From Macrostomum hystrix (Eukaryota > Animalia > Platyhelminthes), in NCBI GenBank assembly GCA_950097015.1, contig CATNEN010000038.1:6324001-6388000 (forward strand): a stretch of 64,000 nt of DNA, read 5' to 3'. Under the pieces are notes generated by a model, which was given only the letters and a program-made list of their open reading frames with translations, had not been told where the DNA came from and searched no databases. Numbering within the stretch: position 1 is the first letter of the stretch; each line of letters opens with the position of its first letter. The position numbers were made by a program, and so were the translations under genes. Shown here piece by piece: positions 22,465 to 40,841 of this stretch.

Positions 22465-23099
22465 TTTTATGATAGGCTGAGAAATAAACCTTAATGATCT
22501 CAAATACCTAGCTAGTCTGAATACATATTTATAGAATGTAACGAACGATAGAACGAACGCAGAGATGAAACTTCTTGTCACACAAGTGTGCCAACTGACC
22601 ATTTATTTCGCGTACAAACAGAAACAGCAATGAAACTCAAGTTATTATTAGCTACTACTATTAGTAATAGATAAGCACAATTGGAATTACAAACACGAAT
22701 TGTTGAGAAATAATTAGTGTGTTAGTTAGTAGGCAAAGTCGGGCATTTCATTGGCTTTGACAAAGAGATAAGCACGCGTGATTGGAAATATGTGAGCAAT
22801 ATATGAGACAATGAGTATACTCAAATCTTAGTTCATGATCCATAATAACTGGGGGCAATTACAGGGACACTTATAAATACAATAATAGATTCACAACAAA
22901 TGCAAGCAATACATTAACAGCAGGTAAACATGCCTATTACGGTTGGCAAGGAATTACCCACTTTCTAGTTTTGAGAAGGATTAATGAAACAATAAAGTTT
23001 TGCATAATCTTGCTTGTAAAAAACTAAATATTAAATATCTGACGTAGCTACTAATGCAAGTAGTACGGCGAGAGAATGAAATAAAGAAGCCATTTAAGG

Positions 23100-28839
<5,740 letters not shown>

Positions 28840-30794
28840 TTTTACTTTTTAGCTGTATATAATAGCTTAATACATTGTAGCTTGCTAATAGTTTGTAAGC
28901 AATCTACCTATAATATAACAAACTAATTTAGCTAGCTAAGGTTTATTTTTTGTGTTAGTCCAACAACTTTTTATTAATTGTTTTTAAAATGAAGATTTCT
29001 AAGTCAGTTTGAAATATAATCTTAGAATCACCTATACTTTGGTACTTGCATTTAAAGCAAAAAGTTCCAATGTTAGTAAAGCTAGCTACCACCTACTAGC
29101 ACTGTCTAATTATCATTTATGAAACCATAGCTAACAACTCAAGTCTGTAGAGATTATTTCATCAGGTCTAGGCATTACATTGTACAGAAACAGATGTAAG
29201 GTAAATGAGGTATATTGTTAACAATAAAGTAAATAGTAGCTACCTAGATTGTTAGGATGATAATATAATTATATGAATATGAATAACAATGCCTATAGCC
29301 TGTCTAGGCTGTAACTGAACTCCTCTAGGGCCCTGGCCCCAATATCCTATGCTATGAATATATTACTGAATTCTGACTTGACCTAGCAAGTGGTAAATCA
29401 GCTAGCTTTGCTACTGCTAAAGAGTTTATAGAAGCACAGATGATACAATATCTTCTAGGATTAATTGGAAGGCCTTGTAATAGGTAGAAATATTGTCGAC
29501 AGCTAGGCCTAGCTGTTGATCTAAAGATAAAGTGGATGCCAGACAGAAATCCTGCGAAAAGCAACAAGACCAGTTGAGCCGCTTGTATGAAAAGTTCGTC
29601 TAAACTCCTACATATCGCCTTATACACACCGCCTTATAGTGTGGTTTAGTCAAGTGAGGCATAGAATTTAGACAGATAAACTAGACACCACTAACACTAA
29701 ATGATCATCCTAACAGGTGCCTTAAAAAACGATGTGACTGGGCACTGCGGGCAGTGCGGACGAAAGGTGACGAATTAAATCAATTTAGTGCGTGAAACTA
29801 ATACGTAAAACAAAGTATATGTAAATTAAAGACTTTTTAGACATATTTTGTATGCAATTTTTTTAATTAGTACTTTTAAAAAAGTTTTATAATTTTAACT
29901 TTAAAGATACCGTTTTTTAATCTTTATAACGTGAATTGCAAATTACTTAAATTAAATTTTTTGCTTCCTTCTACTGGACTGGCTGTTTAGTGCATTTTAA
30001 ACAGCGTTTGCTGGTACGATTAAAACAAGAGCTATTTAGTTATAAAGCTACAAATCTTAAAGATCTTAAAAATCTTAAAGTTGCGATTTCTTTTAGCTCG
30101 CATCCCTAACGGCTTGTCCTTCGACATGAGAAAACGATACTGCATTTTAAGCATATTTCGTAATATCTACATACCAACTCCTGAAGTTTTCATTGTCAGA
30201 CGTAATGAATCAGCTGCTCACCTTCGTGATGCTTTGTTTTGCATTTGATAGTCTGAATGTTTAGCCTTCAGCAAGCCCTCCCACAGAACCAGGACAGCTC
30301 TGACTCCACAGATTGTCTGGAGGCTGCTTAGCAGACTACAGCACATCAAAAGCAATTCTATAAATTTTAATAAATCGAAATGTTGAAAAACTGCCCGGAT
30401 TTTTCTTAATTCATGCACAGCCCATATGCACTCCTAAAGTAAAATCAAAAGGGGTCAGTTTTAAATCGGCGTCCACAACTCCCAGCTATGACTTTGTGTG
30501 CAAAGCCATCAGCTTGCTGTCAGCACGCACACTCGCTCTGACTATTCATCGCAGGAATCCGAGTCACGTGCGAAAGTCAGTAATATGCGTATTCAATATA
30601 CCCACCCCGTGTCAGGCGCGTCTCGGAAGAGGCTCAAATGCAGCACAAATACGAGACGCCTGACAGGTAAGAACGTCAGCTCATATGAGCTGGCCATTCC
30701 CCTAAAATCAGAACGAGCACGAAGGTAATACTGCAACTACCAAATAAAGAAATTCTAGCAGCTGCAACTGCGCTATTGGTCTAGCTTCTGTTGA

Positions 30795-31012
30795 CAGAAC
30801 TGGATTCGAGCCCTGCATTAGAGCAGTGTCTGCCGCAGTTGATGAATAATGTTGCCCCACCTCAGCTTCGCTTGGACTACAAAGTTCAAGCGAATGGTGG
30901 ATACAGATTTTTTTTTTGATGCAACGTATTTGCAGCCTTTCATATCAATGCAAGCCAAGCGAATGAAGTATTGCACCGAGTGGAATACAAACTGACGCTC
31001 AGAAATGCGACG
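30795..31012 (+). pseudogene. Truncated, frameshifted paralogue of the 35144-35683 gene
   Basis: ttcgagccctgcatt, gtgtctgccgcagt, aagttcaagcgaa, gtatttgcagcc, agccaagcgaatg and accgagtggaatac are collinear with 35197-35410; indels present; similarity stops near the start of the LINE region. Confidence 0.8.
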
Positions 31013-31599
31013 GTGCCATCAGGACGGTGGATTAAGAAGAAGAAGAAGAAGCAGAAGCACTTTCAGCAACAGTATCATCATCAGCAAAAGCATGTGCAGC
31101 TGCCGGCCAAGGTCGCCGCATCAAATATCGGTGGCAAAATCGATGAGTTTCAGCTAGATTATTTGAATGCCTTCTGCGACCGTCTGGTTGTTGACTCTGA
31201 TGACGAGCTTGATGATCCATCCATCATTACCGCGTCAAAAAATCGGCCAATGCGGCCAAGGAATAGCTCGAGCGCCACTTACTCGCCAGCTGCTGCGGGC
31301 CCTCCAAATGTGCAGCAACAGCAGCAGCCAATGCCGCCGCCCCCACCGCCGCCTGGCCACCTTAATGGCCCATCATTTCCTTCACGGTCGCTTATTCCAC
31401 TGGCTCACCTACTACAGCAGCTGCTGCAGTCAGTAAGCGTTGGCGACCTCAACAGCAGCAGCAGCAGCAGCAGCAACCGACACCGCAGCATTTGGCAGCT
31501 TTGCGCGCACTGGCTGCTAAAAATGCTCAGCGCATAGTTACCATATGCAGCAGCAACTGCCACAGTTACCGCATCATCATCAACAGCAGCAGCAGCAAC

Positions 31600-34385
31600 A
31601 GTAGCAATGGGACCAGGGGGGACGACCCGGTGCGTGAGTACCATCATACCCACGCGGCAAGTGACTCCCTCTACGAGGGGCCCCTGGACGGCACGACAGC
31701 ATCGTTGCCGACGAAATGTCACACCCTACAGGGATACTGCGCAAAACTCAGCCAACAAAGAGCTCGACATGACGAACGCACCGACCAGGACGCGTCCCAG
31801 GAGTTGAATCTCGTGATGCGCCTCAGGGGCCGGGACGCCACCGCCTGTGAACCGAGGCCGACCAACCGTCCGAGAAGACAGCACAAAAGGGTTAAGAGAC
31901 CCGGCTCAGAGCTTCTGGTCCTGCAACTCAATTGCAATGGGTTGCAGGGCCGCCGCACGGAGCTGGCCGAGAGACTCAGGCAAACCCAACTATGCGCTGC
32001 CTTACTCCAGGAGACGAAACTGCGCCCAGGAGCGAATTTTATCCCGCCCCACGGTTACAGCGTCGCGGCCCGCAAGGACGGCTCACCAAAATCAGAACTG
32101 ACACCGGAGGCCACCGCCGCCACTCTCGAAGACGACAGCCACGACAGTGGAAGCCTGCGACCCAAGAACACCCAGCCGAGGCAAGCAGATCCGGACTGCC
32201 CTATCCGCCGGCGAGCCACCGCCAGACCGCGTTGCCGACTACGCTGGCCAAACGACAGGGCGACTTGGTGCCAGGGCTGTCGCAACGGCAGAAAGGCCTG
32301 CATCAACCGGGACCTCCCATGGCTGGAACGCGACGAGAACAACAACAACCAGGCACCGGCCAAGAGCGGCCGACGACCGGCAAAGCAGCAGCCAGCTGAA
32401 TCCACCAGGACAGCCAACGCACCGACACCGCCGCAGACTCAGCAACCGACCAGCAACAAGAGCTTCCGGGGGACTAAACATTAAAAAACCCAAAAGAAAA
32501 ACTACAGCGCCCCCGGCCGCGGAGGTGTGCTCATCCTGGTGCGCAACGACATCCCGTTCATGGAGCCACGAACGAGTAGTGACGGGCAGATGGACTGGGC
32601 TACAGTCACCATCACCCCCAAGGGCAAAGGCAAGATCACGCTCACCTCCGTGTACGCACCGCCAAACAGCGAGCAGCGGCAACAAGCCAACTGGAAGCCC
32701 GACTGCAGGATCTTATCACGGTCACCACGCGCGGAGTCATCGGCGGCGACTTCAACGGCCATGGTAGCTGTGACGAGCATCAACCGGACGACGACAGAGG
32801 AGACAGCATCGAACAGTGGGCGCTCCGACGCAGCCTACACCTCTGCAACCTCCCTTCCACCTACACGAGTGTTGTGGCCGCTAGCCAAATAAGCGAGGCG
32901 AGGCTGAGTCAAGTTAACCTAAGGAGAGGGTGCTCTCTCACGTAACGAGAGCCATGCTTATATATTATTGAACGTCACTTGTACATCGATTACATGGGTA
33001 CACTATGAGCAGATGTGCACATAGGCCATTCACAACAACGAGGACAAACCAGGCCACAGGAGGCAAGTCCAGCCCGGATCTAACCTGGTGCTCGACTAAC
33101 CTCATCGCGGCCTGCCGCCCCAGTTGGCGGACGCTCGAGTGTATCGGCAGCGACCATCTGCCCCTACTCTTCGAGCTGGCAAAGACATCAGCCAGCAGAC
33201 AACGGAATCGCCAAACGCGCTGGAGCTTCAAGAAAGCCGACTGGACAGAGTTCAAAAAATCACTATAGACGACCGAGAGGCCCAGCTCAGGCCAAGCAAC
33301 GTCGACTCAGAATCCAGCGTGGACTTCGACCACCAAAGGCTCAGCGAAAACATCCTGACTGCAGCCCTGGCCAGCATCCCCAGAGGGGCCCGCAGTTCAC
33401 CCGGCACGCCCTTCTGGTCAGAAGCCTGCGAACAGGCCTGCAAAGAGAACGCGGAAGCCCGCAAGAAAGCAGAAGTCAGCAAAGACAATAAAAGAGACCT
33501 AGAAGCTTACCAAGCGGCCCGAGAGAACGTCCGTGAGAGAAAAAGCCGCTTTCTGGAAAGAAAAGACTGCGACGCTGAACATGAATTCCGACCTTTTCGC
33601 AACCTTTTCTCTCCGAGGCGACCCGGCACCACCGCCCCCAAACGCGGCGCTCAAGATCCCGGCCGACCCGAACCGAGGCAGCCCCCCCAGAACCGCCATA
33701 AAGAAAAAGTGGAAGCGTTCTGCGGCCTCTACGCCAGCATCTCAAGGATCTCACGCGACCGTGACGACCGCATCATCAACCACCAGGCCTACAGAGCTAT
33801 GCAAGCCACCTGCTGTAACAGGAGCGACCGCAAGGGGCTCTGCTCAGCCTTCTCCGCAGCGGAGCTTAAAAACGTCCTGACCGGCCTCAAGTCCGGCAAG
33901 AGCCCCAGCAACGATCAGGTGACGAACGAGATGCTGAAGCACCTCGGGAGCCCCACGGGGAAAAGGCTGCTCGACCTGGTGAACAAATCGTGGCTGACCG
34001 GGAAATGCCCACATCAATTGGCGACGCGCCACTATCATCCCCATACCTAAGCGCGGCAAGCCGGCGGAGGAACTCGGCAGTTACAGACCGGTCGCCCTCA
34101 CCAGTTGTATCGCAAAAGTCGCAGAACAACTGGTCTACCACCGGCTCAGCCACTTTTTTGAGTCCACCGGCAAGATCAGCGGAGTGCAAGCTGGGTTCCG
34201 AAAGGGCAGATCATGCGAGGAGCAGATCACCCGCATCTGCCAGCAAATCTTCGACGGTTTCGAAAGATCCCCAGCACTGCGCTCCGTCCTCGGACTTCTG
34301 GATTTCTCCCGCGCCTACGACAGGGTATGGAAGAGAGCACTCCTGCTGAAACTCAAAGAATTCGGCACCCCACCCTGCATCCTTA
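31600..34385 (+). mobile_element. Decayed non-LTR retrotransposon (I/Jockey group): APE endonuclease plus 3'-truncated RT
   Basis: LQLNCNGL, LLQETKL, GGVLILVR, SVYAPP, GGDFNGH, SSPDLT, GSDHLP, YRPVALTSCIAKVAE, QAGFRKGRSCEEQ, LDFSRAYDRVW; several frameshifts and insertions; ends before YADD. Confidence 0.9.
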
Positions 34386-34523
34386 GTAGGAAATAATCTT
34401 TCCTACTTGCAATCAGCTTGCCATCAGCACACCATGAGCAGCACGATGCCAATCAGCTTCCTCACCTCATCCACACAACAAACTTTTCATCTACACACCA
34501 CCTTTGGCAGCTCACCTCCTAGG

Positions 34524-34640
34524 TCCCAGCAATAGAGAACTAATGCCCCCCCAGCAACAGAAAACTGATGCCTCCCCAGCAACAGAGAATTAATGCCCCA
34601 GCAGTAGTGAACTAATGCCCCCCCCAGCAACAGACAATTA
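34524..34640. repeat. Short tandem repeat (cccagcaacagagaactaatgccc-like, about 5 copies)
   Basis: Visible degenerate units. Confidence 0.75.
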
Positions 34641-35143
34641 TAGGTAATAAGCTATAGTAGTAAACTTAGCTTTAACTTTGCTCTGAGGTAAACGCGAAGC
34701 TCGTCAAACTCAAGTTGCAAAGAGAAAAAAAAACTTTTTCTTAACACGCTCGTAGTGTATTTTTCTGGCAGTAAAAGCTTTTTTGTCTATGGCCTTTTGG
34801 GTTGACTGCGCAGCTCGATACTCGAGTGCTATTTATAGTTGATGCATTAAATGCTATCAAAGTTTGTCTGTGGCATTTTTATTTTGTTCACAGCTCGACT
34901 GTAAGTAAAACAAGGACTATCTGCTGAAACAGTGGTATAAGCAACTTTCTTAGATGTGGCAGCTGTCTATGGCCGTTCTCGGCATGGCCGTCGGTACAGT
35001 AAAACTTCAATCACTACAAAGTTAACTACGAAGTTAAGAGGTAAATTAAATTTCATTAGAAAACAGCCTTCTAGTCTTCTTAACTGTCGAAATATAGAAA
35101 CGCAATTATTTGTAGAAACTTTTTTCGCAACGCCCTGAAAACT

Positions 35144-35683
35144 ATGAAAACGAGGTTGTGCCTGACTCCCAGCCTGCTGGTACTTCTCTACCTGCTGACT
35201 GGCTTCGAGCCCTGCATTGGAGCAGAGTGTCTGCCGCAGTCGAAAAGAATTGAGCCAATTGAGTTTGGCTCCGCCGACGAAGTTCAAGCGAACGGTCAAT
35301 ACAATTCTTTTTTTCGATGCAAAGTATTTGCAGCCTTTTTTACCAATCCCAGCCAAGCGAATGGAGTATTGTACCGAGTGGAATACGAACTGACGTTCAC
35401 AAATGGGACTTCAATCGACATTCATCCATGCCGCTGGCAGGATGTAAGCATCCCGGTTGGAGAGAGCAGGACCTTCGACTGCAGTTCCGAGCTCGTGCTC
35501 AACAGCCAAATCAAGGCGTACGGCGCTTGGCTCACGTGCCGAGCTCGAGCCAGATGCGACATCTCTGGGGCGCGGTACAACTCAAAGGAAGTCTCTGTAA
35601 CTCTAGTATTTCCGGATAAGGTAGCAGAAGGCGTTACTGAATCATCCAAACAACAAACAGAAGAGAAACCACTGAAGCCGTGA
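35144..35683 (+). CDS. Intronless secreted protein of unknown function (179 aa, Cys-containing, predicted beta-rich)
   Basis: Signal peptide MKTRLCLTPSLLVLLYLLTG; GC-rich codons; AATAAA at 35773; decayed paralogue nearby. Confidence 0.7.
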   Translation: MKTRLCLTPSLLVLLYLLTGFEPCIGAECLPQSKRIEPIEFGSADEVQANGQYNSFFRCKVFAAFFTNPSQANGVLYRVEYELTFTNGTSIDIHPCRWQDVSIPVGESRTFDCSSELVLNSQIKAYGAWLTCRARARCDISGARYNSKEVSVTLVFPDKVAEGVTESSKQQTEEKPLKP

Positions 35684-35993
35684 CTACTTTATTTTGCAAG
35701 AATCCGCTCCCGTCTCCAAACTAAACATTTAGGGAAAAATGTATTAAATTTAAATTTTTCATTTAAAATGAGAATAAAACGCTATGAAATAGCACCCTGT
35801 CTGTCACAACGAATGAATAAATAAACAGTCTACCTGGAGCACACAGCTCATCAGAAACCTTTTGATGCGATTAATTAAATAGGAAAAAATCTACTAAATT
35901 AGAAAAGTGTTTGTTTTGGCTCTTTTAAAAAGCATGATTATTTGTCAGCAAAGTAAAAATTTTTATACTCATTAACGATGGATTCGATATCTA

Positions 35994-37908
35994 GCTCATT
36001 CAGTGTGAAACCTTCTTAAGTACGAGTATGAACCGTCCTTTAGTGTGAAAGCTAGCTCATTCAGTGTGAAACCTCCTTCAGTGGGAAACCTCATTCAGTG
36101 TGAAACATCCTTCAGTGTGAAACCTCCTTCAGTGTGAAACCTCATTCAGTGTGAAACATCCTTCAGTGGGAAACCTCATTCAGTGTGAAACATCCTTCAG
36201 TGTGAAACCTCCTTCAGTGGGAAACCTCATTCAGTGTGAAACATCCTTCAGTGTGAAACCTCCATCAGTGGGAAACCTCATTCAGTGTGAAACATCCTTC
36301 AGTGGGAAACCTCATTCAGTGTGAAACATCCTTCAGTGTGAAACCTCCTTCAGTGGGAAACCTCATTCAGTGTGAAACATCCTTCAGTGTGAAACCTCCT
36401 TCAGTGTGAAACCTCATTCAGTGTGAAACCTCCTTCAGTGTGAAACCTCATTCAGTGTGAAACCTCATTCAGTGTGAAACCTCATTCAGTGTGAAACCTC
36501 TTACAGTGTGGAACGTCCTTCAGTGTGAAACCTCCTTCAGTGTGAAACCTCCTTCAGTGTGAAACCTCCTTCAGTGTGAAACCTCTTACAGTGTGGAACG
36601 TCCTTCAGTGTGAAACCTCCTTCAGTGTGAAACATCCTTCAGTGTGAAACCTCCTTCAGTGTGAAACCTCATTCAGTGTGAAACCTCATTCAGTGTGAAA
36701 CCTCCTTCAGTGTGAAACATCCTTCAGTGTGAAACCTCATTCAGTGTGAAACCTCCTTCAGTGTGAAACCTCCTTCAGTGTGAAACCTCATTCAGTGTGA
36801 AACCTCTTACAGTGTGGAACGTCCTTCAGTGTGAAACCTTCTTCAGTGTGAAACCTCATTCAGTGTGACACATCCTTCAGTGTGAAACCTCCTTCAGTGT
36901 GAAACCTCATTCAGTGTGAAACATCCTTCAGTGTGAAACATCCTTCAGTGTGAAACCTCCTTCAGTGGGAAACCTCATTCAGTGTGAAACCTCCTTCAGT
37001 GTGAAACCTCATTCAGTGTGAAACATCCTTCAGTGGGAAACCTCATTCAGTGTGAAACATCCTTCAGTGTGAAACCTCCTTCAGTGGGAAACCTCATTCA
37101 GTGTGAAACATCCTTCAGTGTGAAACCTCCTTCAGTGGGAAACCTCATTCAGTGTGAAACATCCTTCAGTGTGAAACCTCCTTCAGTGTGAAACCTCATT
37201 CAGTGTGAAACCTCCTTCAGTGTGAAACCTCATTCAGTGTGAAACCTCATTCAGTGTGAAACCTCATTCAGTGTGAAACCTCTTACAGTGTGGAACGTCC
37301 TTCAGTGTGAAACCTCCTTCAGTGTGAAACCTCCTTCAGTGTGAAACCTCCTTCAGTGTGAAACCTCTTACAGTGTGGAACGTCCTTCAGTGTGAAACCT
37401 CCTTCAGTGTGAAACATCCTTCAGTGTGAAACCTCCTTCAGTGTGAAACCTCATTCAGTGTGAAACCTCATTCAGTGTGAAACCTCCTTCAGTGTGAAAC
37501 ATCCTTCAGTGTGAAACCTCATTCAGTGTGAAACCTCCTTCAGTGTGAAACCTCCTTCAGTGTGAAACCTCATTCAGTGTGAAACCTCTTACAGTGTGGA
37601 ACGTCCTTCAGTGTGAAACCTTCTTCAGTGTGAAACCTCATTCAGTGTGACACCTCATTCAGTGTGACACCTCATTCAGTGTGACACCTCATTCAGTGTG
37701 ACACCTCATTCAGTGTGACACCTCATTCAGTGTGAAACTTCCTTCTGTGTGAAATCTCCTTCAGTGTGACACCTCATTCAGTGTGAAACCTCCTTCTGTG
37801 TGAAATCTCCTTCAGTGTGACACCTCATTCAGTGTGACACCTCCTTCAGTGTGAAATCTCCTTCAGTGTGACACCTCATTCAGTGTGACACCTCCTTCAG
37901 TGTGAAAC
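35994..37908. repeat. 17-bp minisatellite (acctcmttcagtgtgaa)n, over 100 copies
   Basis: Period 17 visible; a larger internal block duplication is also evident. Confidence 0.97.
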
Positions 37909-38019
37909 TATTTGTCTCTGCAGTTCTCAACTTTCCGGCTATTGTATCATAACAAAAAGCATTACTAAAAGATCCAAATATCAAACAGAACAGCATAAAA
38001 AGCCTATTTTTATGTAAGT

Positions 38020-39650
38020 TTATTTATAATACGAGTATGCAAATACTCGTATGCAATACACTTCGAATAAAATAGAACGATATATAAAAGTATTTTTAGG
38101 TGGTTAAAGATAGTGTTGCACAATGATCCTAAAACACTAGATGTGTAAACTCAAGAGAGATTAGACAGGATACAGGCGCTACGCGCTTCAGCCTATTAAT
38201 ATTGGTAACGTGTCTCACGATTTCGCGGGCAAGACGGACTATGAAATCGTCAGTGAGTTGCCCTCAGATTTTGTCTACGGCATGAACGTAAAAATTAACG
38301 CATGAAATTTAGCATTTTTTACACATTTAACTTGAAAAGTACATTGTAAAACATGAACATGACGACCGTACGCTTTGAGGAGGCCTCAGTCTGCGACGCA
38401 GTTCCGTGCAGAGCACTTGTAAGAGAATTTCAAATTAGCTGTTTCCTCATCTCAGAAATCATTTTCACATGGCGTTTAACTGCAGCATCAGTGCGATGCC
38501 CTAGGGTAAAATAGGAGGGGCAAAGTACTGAACTGTTATTTAATGGGCGCAGGTGGTACACAAGCACTTGGATGATTAGCATAATGGGAGATACCTGTAA
38601 TAGTCTTGATTTCCCTCACACTGTGCCCAGCTTCTGCCAAGTTGGTTACAACACTGGCACGAACGAGGTGGTTCGTGTGCTCGTTCTGAAGACCTGCACG
38701 CCGTGAGATGTTCTTCATCATGTCATGTAGCGTGTTCTTCCGCGGAACCTGCTTGGCCGAGTACAGGACGTAAGAATCAGCACAAACCTTTTTGGGCTTC
38801 GGAAACAGTACCTCCACACCGAGTGGGAATTTGGCGACATACAGCTGCACTGCCACAACTGAGCCACCCGTACTGAACATCCTCGTTTGCTTTCCGGTTG
38901 AACATTGCTTAATACTTGCCGCAATCAAAGTCTTCTCAGGACCCGTTTGAAGCATGTCGATGCACTCCACACCGTCATGTTCACAGAAACGCAGTGAGGA
39001 TACCCTCAGGTCCCTTATCCATTCACGACCTCGGAAGCCAAAGTGAAAAATGATGCTAAAAAACTTTGCCTTGAAGTCGCTCCGGGTCCCACATTCAGCA
39101 GGGACAAGTCGGAATCCGTGATGGCCTTGAACCCTCGTCTCCAACTGTTCGCTCCCTCAACTGGCAGCTCAAACGCAGGACGCACGAGTATGTTTCATTG
39201 CTCAGGCGAAATTGCTCATTCCCAATGACGTCAGTCGCACTTGATTGTCAATCATGTACCTGTGCACACTAGCTCGGAAGCCCCGGATCGTATTTGGTGA
39301 ATATGTCTTTGTCCCCACGGCAGGTTTTCCTTTTCAAATAGCTGTCGACATAACGCATCGGAATGCGTCCAATGTCCTCAGGCAGTTTCTTCTCGCGGAG
39401 GAACTTCTCAAGTCGTTCAATGCGGTTCTGAGTAGTAGGCAATGTCGAAGGCGATGCCTCGGTGTTCTTAATGTCTTCAAGTTCCCTCGCATCCAAGTCG
39501 CGTAGGCGAACACTCCGGATCAACACCGGAATTCAGGAATTACATTACCTAAGTTACACCATTCTTGAATTTGCTTGAATTGACTTTCAATCTATCTGAC
39601 AGTTGCATTATTTACTTCGAATACTGACAAAGTATTCATACTTCGTAATA
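38020..39650 (-). mobile_element. Crypton-like (tyrosine recombinase/DUF3504) DNA transposon relic with an intron at 38501-38594
   Basis: HFGFRGREWIRDL, KNTLHDMMKNISRRAGL, HTNHLVRASVVTNL; after splicing ITGHRTDAAVKRH; frameshifts and stops upstream. Confidence 0.8.
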
Positions 39651-39889
39651 ACAGACCGATCATTTGACTGTTGATTACTGCATATTCATAGTACGCGCTT
39701 GTTGTCTCAAAATAGTCAAAAATTAATTATAGAAAATGACAATAAAGCTACGGAACTAAACTCATCGGGTCGCAGAATAAGGATCTGTGATTTTGGTGTC
39801 ACAGTTTGGCTGTCAGACGATGATGCAGATTTGTGTAGCATGTCTTAGTATTGAAGTATCGGGTATATTGTGCCACGATTATTGTGTCA

Positions 39890-40330
39890 CCAGTGTGACA
39901 GAGTCAGTGTGTGTCAGGGACAGTGTGTGTCAGGGACAGTGTGTGTCAGGGACAGTGTGTGTCAGGGACAGTGTGTGTCAGGGACAGTGGGTGTCAGGGA
40001 CAGTTGGTGTCAGCGACAGTTAGTGTCAGCGACAGTTGTTGTCAATGACAGTGGGTGTCAGGGACAGTGTGTGTCAGGGACAGTGTGTGTCAGGGATAGT
40101 AGGTGACAGGGACAGTGGGTGTCAGGGACAGTTGGTGTCAGCGACAGTTAGTGTCAGCGACAGTTGTTGTCAATGACAGTGGGTGTCAGCGACAGTTGGT
40201 GTCAGCGACAGTTGTTGTCAATGACAGTGGGTGTCAGGGACAGTGGGTGTCAGGGACAGTGGGTGTCAGGGACAGTTGTTGTCAATGAAATTGGGATTCA
40301 AGAACAGTGGGTGTCAGGGACAGAGGGTGT
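39890..40330. repeat. 17-bp minisatellite (gtgtcagggacagtgtg)n
   Basis: Visible tandem units. Confidence 0.93.
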
Positions 40331-40841
40331 CGAGACTTTACAAACATTAGAATTGAGTTTCTTTCACCCTGTTTTACCTGTCAAAGTACTCGTACGTTAT
40401 TAGGCAAGAACAGCGGGAAATGTGCCAATGTCGAATACCTAAATAACAAAATTAATAATTTCATGTTTATTTTCAAACGTTTCGATCTTGCTTGTAGGCT
40501 TGTACCTGGCAACTCCTTTGCTAAGTATAGTTTATTGATGAAGGAATTCAATTAATTGCGATGCTCCATGCATGGCAAGGCAAACCATAGGACTGAGATA
40601 AAGAGAGCGTTAATAAGCAAGCAGAACAAAGGTCAGAGGTTTTACAATTGCAGAAGTCTTCCTGGATTCCATATCGTCATTACATACTTTGCACTTGAAG
40701 CATAATAAAGCTCTGCTGGCTGGAGTTTGTATTGATCGAATAGCATGTGTCAGCAGGAAGGAACATTTTCAGAAATATGCAAGAGCATCACCGGAGAGGT
40801 TGCATATTCAGCCACTTTTGAAGCCCTAGTTCCCGCTCAAA

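Larger units (their letters stand above)
14430..22575 (-). ncRNA. Putative non-coding multi-exon snoRNA host gene (GAS5/SNHG-like); ends approximate
   Basis: Short exons with canonical minus-strand AG/GT sites lie between successive snoRNAs (e.g. 22261-22309, 22026-22103, 15974-15984, 15731-15806, 14830-14876). No substantial host ORF. Minus-strand AATAAA at 14452-14457. Confidence 0.65.

Noticed and set aside
30451-30477. Bacterial IS21-like inverted repeat (ggggtcagttttaaatcggcgtccaca)
   Set aside because: Single short resemblance with no partner repeat or transposase nearby
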